A stretch of 64,000 bases of DNA, from assembly GCA_902528215.1 (NCBI GenBank), contig CABZRR010000001.1, positions 14,696-78,695 of the forward strand, read 5' to 3'. How positions within the stretch are numbered: position 1 is the stretch's first letter; each line of letters opens with the position of its first letter. This DNA comes from an uncultured SAR86 cluster bacterium (lineage in GTDB: Bacteria > Pseudomonadota > Gammaproteobacteria > Magnimaribacterales > D2472). Under the pieces are notes generated by a model. It was not told the origin of the DNA and did no database searches. It worked only from the letters and a program-made list of their open reading frames with translations. A program made the position numbers and the translations under genes. This document shows, in pieces, positions 60,007 to 64,000 of this stretch.

Positions 60007-61026
60007 TTATTTCCAGCCAGCCCTATCCATAAGTTTTAATGCCTCTGAATTAAATTTACCATATTCTGAAACTAAGATTTCGTCCTCTATAAAATCCAAG
60101 CCTGAGCTTGCTATATCAGGATGAGGCAGTACATTTTCTAAGATAGGATATTCAAATGAATTATTTACCATGCTTGCTTGCATTTTTCTTGATAGCAAAA
60201 ACTCTATGAATCTGTTCGCGTTATCAACATTTTTTGCATTTTTTAAGACGCCTAATCCACTTATATTAATATGCACTCCTCTATCATTTTGATTTGGAAA
60301 AAACATTTTTACCTTCCGAGCTGCTTTTTGTTGATCCTCGCCTGCTTTTCCAGATAGCATATATCCATAGTAGTAGCTATTAGCTATTGCAATATCTGCT
60401 ATTCCACTAGCTACTGCCATTATCTGAGATCTGTCATTGCCTTGTGGCTTTCTTGCAAAATTTGATACGAGTCCTTTTGCCCATAACTCTGTTTCACCAA
60501 TGCCATGAGTTGAAATTAACGATGCTACTAAAGATTGGTTGTAGATGTTATTAGAACTTCTTATAACAACTCTATTGCTCCATTTTTTATCTGCAAGATT
60601 CTCATAACGAATATCTTTAATTTCTTCATTTGATACATTATCTGGATTATAAAAAATTACTCGTGCTCTTTTAGCAATTGCAATCCATTCATTATTAGGG
60701 CCCCGATAGTTTTTAGGCACTATTGATAAAGCCTTTGAAGATGAGATGCTTTGAAAATATCCTTCTTTTTGAATTTTCCATAAGTTGCCTGCATCAACAG
60801 TAAAAAAAATATCAGCAGGAGAATTTGCCCCCTCAGACTTTAATCTTTCAAGCAAAGCACTTCCATTACCTAAAATAACATTGATTTTGATCCCAGTCTC
60901 TTTCCGAAAATATTCGTACAGCTGATCATCGGAGTCATAATGTCTTGATGTATATATATTTACTTCATTAGCAACAGACAATGAACTTGCAACCACTAAA
61001 ATTAATGAAAAAATGGATTTAAGCAT
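60007..61026 (-). CDS. fbpA: Fe3+ ABC transporter substrate-binding protein (FutA/FbpA-like)
   Basis: VNIYTSRHY..D, EG..SPAD, RSS.NIYNQSL, N.YY, G.H.NISG, EYP; Fur box upstream. Confidence 0.9.
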   Translation of the reverse strand: MLKSIFSLILVVASSLSVANEVNIYTSRHYDSDDQLYEYFRKETGIKINVILGNGSALLERLKSEGANSPADIFFTVDAGNLWKIQKEGYFQSISSSKALSIVPKNYRGPNNEWIAIAKRARVIFYNPDNVSNEEIKDIRYENLADKKWSNRVVIRSSNNIYNQSLVASLISTHGIGETELWAKGLVSNFARKPQGNDRSQIMAVASGIADIAIANSYYYGYMLSGKAGEDQQKAARKVKMFFPNQNDRGVHINISGLGVLKNAKNVDNANRFIEFLLSRKMQASMVNNSFEYPILENVLPHPDIASSGLDFIEDEILVSEYGKFNSEALKLMDRAGWK

Positions 61027-61049
61027 TCAAGACCTCTTATATTTTTTAT

Positions 61050-61064
61050 TGAGAATGATTCTCA
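61050..61064. promoter_or_regulatory. Fur box
   Basis: Perfect 7-1-7 inverted repeat TGAGAAT-G-ATTCTCA about 24 bp upstream of the iron-binding protein start. Confidence 0.85.
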
Positions 61065-61093
61065 TTTGGATTATATAGAAAGAAAATTTCTTT

Positions 61094-61762
61094 TCAAATT
61101 ATTGGCAATTTTATAACTTGCCAGCCTTTTTCAATAGAAATTTTCTCAAGTTTTGCATCGGGATTTACAGCTTTTGGGAATTCAACAGCCTCCAACAAAG
61201 GCAAGTCATTTATAGAATCTGAATAAAAAGTTACACCTTTAAAATTTTTATATTGATTATCTTTTATCCAAGAATGTACTAGTTTCAACTTGCCTTCTCC
61301 CAAAGCGGATGGAGAGATAAACTTGCCTGTGCATTTATTGTCTTTGAATTCTACTTTTGTAGCTATAACATTTTTGATTTCTAATCTTTTAGCTATTGGC
61401 TTTACAATGAGTTCATTTGTTGCGCTTGCAAGCAATATTTTGTTTCCATTTTCACAATGTTCATGCAATAGTTTTAAAGCAAATATATTTATCATTGGTT
61501 CAATTATTTTTTCTACAAAGGGATGAATTACTTCATTAATCTCATTTTGCGTCATGCCTATGTATGGCTTTAGAGCAAAATTCGTATATTGATTAAAATC
61601 TAGTTGTCCCTGCTGATAATCTAGAATAAATTCATCATTTTTTAACTTTGCATTTTTATCAAGGAGATTAATATCTATCAGGTAATTAATCATCGAATAA
61701 TCAGAATCTCCGTTTAGAATGGTATTATCTAAATCAAAAATAGCTAGGTCAGGCTTGCTCAT
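61094..61762 (-). CDS. HAD-IB family hydrolase
   Basis: AIFDLDNT, ASAT, GEGK, FYSDSINDLPLL, VNPD; divergent from rppH. Confidence 0.9.
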   Translation of the reverse strand: MSKPDLAIFDLDNTILNGDSDYSMINYLIDINLLDKNAKLKNDEFILDYQQGQLDFNQYTNFALKPYIGMTQNEINEVIHPFVEKIIEPMINIFALKLLHEHCENGNKILLASATNELIVKPIAKRLEIKNVIATKVEFKDNKCTGKFISPSALGEGKLKLVHSWIKDNQYKNFKGVTFYSDSINDLPLLEAVEFPKAVNPDAKLEKISIEKGWQVIKLPII

Positions 61763-61778
61763 AAGGGGTTAATCTAAC

Positions 61779-62261
61779 ATGAATGACAAACGTTACAGAA
61801 AAAATGTTGGCTTAATTGTATTAAATAAAAATAATCAATTGTTGATTTGCAAAAGAAAGGATAAAAGCGCTTGGCAATTTCCTCAAGGTGGTATCGATGC
61901 GGGTGAGAAAAACTTAGATGCAGCTTATCGAGAACTGTTCGAGGAGGTTGGAATTAATAAGCATCAAGTAAAAGTTGTAGCAAGAAGTAATCATTGGTAT
62001 TACTACGATATACCAAGAGGATATAAACCAAGACCTAAAAGTTTAAAGAATTTTAGTGGTCAAAAGCAAAAATGGTATTTACTCAAAGCTAAAGATGAGC
62101 TCAAAATAAATCTTTCAAATCAAATCCCTCAAGAATTTATAGACTTTGAATGGTCTTCATACTGGTTTGCTTTAACAAATGTTGTTACATTTAAACGAGA
62201 AGTTTATAGAAATGTATTAATTGAATTTCTTCCAAAATATATAAGCCTATATGATAATTGA
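61779..62261 (+). CDS. rppH: RNA pyrophosphohydrolase
   Basis: YR.NVG, WQFPQGGID.GE....AAYREL.EEVG, GQKQKW, V.FKR.VY. Confidence 0.95.
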   Translation: MNDKRYRKNVGLIVLNKNNQLLICKRKDKSAWQFPQGGIDAGEKNLDAAYRELFEEVGINKHQVKVVARSNHWYYYDIPRGYKPRPKSLKNFSGQKQKWYLLKAKDELKINLSNQIPQEFIDFEWSSYWFALTNVVTFKREVYRNVLIEFLPKYISLYDN

Positions 62262-63060
62262 AATTCTCATTTATCTATCTTTAGGGACATTTACTGGCCT
62301 TCTAGCCGGCATGTTTGGTATTGGTGGAGGCAGTATATTGGTTCCATCACTAATTTTTATTTTTTATGGCATGGGATTTGAGAGCTCCATAATATTTCTA
62401 ATGGCAATTGGAACATCGCTTGCAAGTATATTTTTCTCAGCCATTTCATCAGCACTTTCCCATCATAAAAAAAGAAGTGTTGAGTGGTCTCTAGTGGCCC
62501 CTTTGTCCATGGGAATGATTTTAGGTGCTTTTATTGGTGCAAGGTATGCAGCGACCCTCACAAATGAAAATTTAAAATGGATCATTACCATTTTTTTAAT
62601 TGTAATTGGCATAGAAATGATTTTTAACTTCACGAAGTTTCTTGCTAAAAAAAATAAAAAGCTTATTGATTTATCCAAATCTATTACTCCAATTCATGGG
62701 TCTTGGATAGGATTTTTATCTTCTATAATTGGAATTGGGGGAGGATCATTTACCACGCCACTAATGATCGCTGGAGGCTACAATATTAGAACTGGAATTG
62801 GCACAGCGGCTGCTTGTGGACTTCCAATAGCTCTCGCAGGAGCTATTGGATACATGTATTTTGGAAAATCGACAGAGGCAATTCTTCCGCCAGGCGCTTT
62901 TGGTTATGTTTTTTGGCCAGCGGTTATCTCAATTTCTTTTGCGAGCTTATTAACTGCTAGAATTGGGGCAAATATAAGTCACTCTATTTCTGAGAAAAAT
63001 CTTAAAATGTCATTTGGCATGTTTTTAATTTTGGTTGGTATTTTGGTAATAACAAATTGA
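62251..63060 (+). CDS. Sulfite exporter TauE/SafE family protein
   Basis: Repeated G..GIGGG...P, A.GTSLA, multi-TM. Confidence 0.88.
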   Translation: MIIEILIYLSLGTFTGLLAGMFGIGGGSILVPSLIFIFYGMGFESSIIFLMAIGTSLASIFFSAISSALSHHKKRSVEWSLVAPLSMGMILGAFIGARYAATLTNENLKWIITIFLIVIGIEMIFNFTKFLAKKNKKLIDLSKSITPIHGSWIGFLSSIIGIGGGSFTTPLMIAGGYNIRTGIGTAAACGLPIALAGAIGYMYFGKSTEAILPPGAFGYVFWPAVISISFASLLTARIGANISHSISEKNLKMSFGMFLILVGILVITN

Positions 63061-63863
63061 TCATTGAACTTTCAGATTTCTTCAATAACCCAAGTTTAAT
63101 TGAGATTGGCTGGTTTAGAATTCAATATTATGCTGTGACATGGATCCTTTCAGCAATATTAATCTTTCAATATTTAAAAAATCACCAAATCATTAGAGAA
63201 TTGCAGCTCTCTTCCGATCAGGTGAATGATATTGTGTTTTTGTATGGGTTAATATTTGGTGCCATGGTCGGCGGAAGATTTGGCTATATGTTTTTCTATG
63301 GCTTGGATCAATTAGCAGCAAATCCACTTAGTTTATTTTTTATATGGGAAGGCGGCTTAAGCTTTCATGGAGGTTTGATTGGAGTGATTTTGAGTTTGTA
63401 TGTCTATTGCTATAAATATAAGATTTCTTTTCTTAGACTTGCAGATTCTATCTGTATTGCCATGCCAATTGGTCTTGGTTTGGTCAGAATTGGAAACTTT
63501 ATGAACGGAGAGCTATTTGGTAGACCTACTGACGGAACTTGGGGATTTATTTTTCCGACAGATCCATATGGCTTTACACGACATCCATCGCAACTCTATG
63601 AAGCATTTTTTGAGGGTTTAGTTCTATTTATTTTACTTATGTTTGTTGATGCTAAAAACAATAAGCAAGGGATTATCAGTGGAACCTTTTTGCTTGCTTA
63701 TGGCGCAATAAGATTTTTTGTAGAATACTTTAGGCAACCTGATTCTCACATGGGTTTTGTTGCATTACAATTAAGCATGGGTCAACTTCTTAGCATCCCC
63801 ATGGTAATTATTGGACTCTTACTTTTAATTAAATCTTTAAAGAAAAATGAAGCAATATCTTGA
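63057..63863 (+). CDS. lgt: Prolipoprotein diacylglyceryl transferase
   Basis: [46 protein letters not shown]. Confidence 0.97.
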   Translation: MIIELSDFFNNPSLIEIGWFRIQYYAVTWILSAILIFQYLKNHQIIRELQLSSDQVNDIVFLYGLIFGAMVGGRFGYMFFYGLDQLAANPLSLFFIWEGGLSFHGGLIGVILSLYVYCYKYKISFLRLADSICIAMPIGLGLVRIGNFMNGELFGRPTDGTWGFIFPTDPYGFTRHPSQLYEAFFEGLVLFILLMFVDAKNNKQGIISGTFLLAYGAIRFFVEYFRQPDSHMGFVALQLSMGQLLSIPMVIIGLLLLIKSLKKNEAIS

Positions 63864-64000
63864 CCTATTAGACAACATTCTTAAAAACGGTGAAGATCGT
63901 GGAGATAGGACTGGAACGGGTGTAATTTCCTCTTTCGGCCACCAAATCCGTTTTGATCTTAAAGACGGATTTCCTGCAGTTACGACTAAATCACTTGCAT
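63847..64000 (+). CDS. thyA: Thymidylate synthase (5' part; runs off window end)
   Basis: Not in ORF track. [34 protein letters not shown]. Confidence 0.95.
   Translation, partial: MKQYLDLLDNILKNGEDRGDRTGTGVISSFGHQIRFDLKDGFPAVTTKSLA

Noticed and set aside
1903-62678. Remaining short ORFs nested in or antisense to identified genes (e.g. 1903-2121, 12496-12765, 17481-17789, 34637-35086, 40307-40603, 44580-44918, 59137-59421)
   Set aside because: They overlap well-supported genes and have no recognisable motifs.

Overview
This is an AT-rich, tightly packed gammaproteobacterial chromosome segment with many overlapping or near-abutting genes. The gene order and streamlining suggest a marine lineage such as SAR86 (inference). 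Most of it is housekeeping: trpE, rpe, murU-amgK, lptD-surA-pdxA-rsmA-apaH-cca, folate genes, tsaD/rpsU, rph-pyrE, yicC-gmk-rpoZ-spoT, recG, hppA, ubiCA, a Fur-boxed Fe3+ ABC transporter and rppH-lgt-thyA. The main candidate system is a nitrogen-control module. A type II glutamine synthetase occupies the glnA-ntrB-ntrC slot behind a sigma54 promoter and NtrC box. About 7 kb away, two tandem glnA-motif (glutamine) riboswitch aptamers precede a 56-aa basic DUF4278-like peptide with three YRG repeats, reminiscent of the cyanobacterial GS-inactivating factor IF17. Next to it, at the 3' side of tRNA-Phe, is what appears to be a circularly permuted GH106 glycoside hydrolase lipoprotein. Other oddities are a diverged tandem duplication of the yqiA 3' end, a G9 frameshift in a threonine synthase-like gene, and a rubredoxin missed by the ORF track. 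All family calls come from motif recognition by eye; no searches were run.
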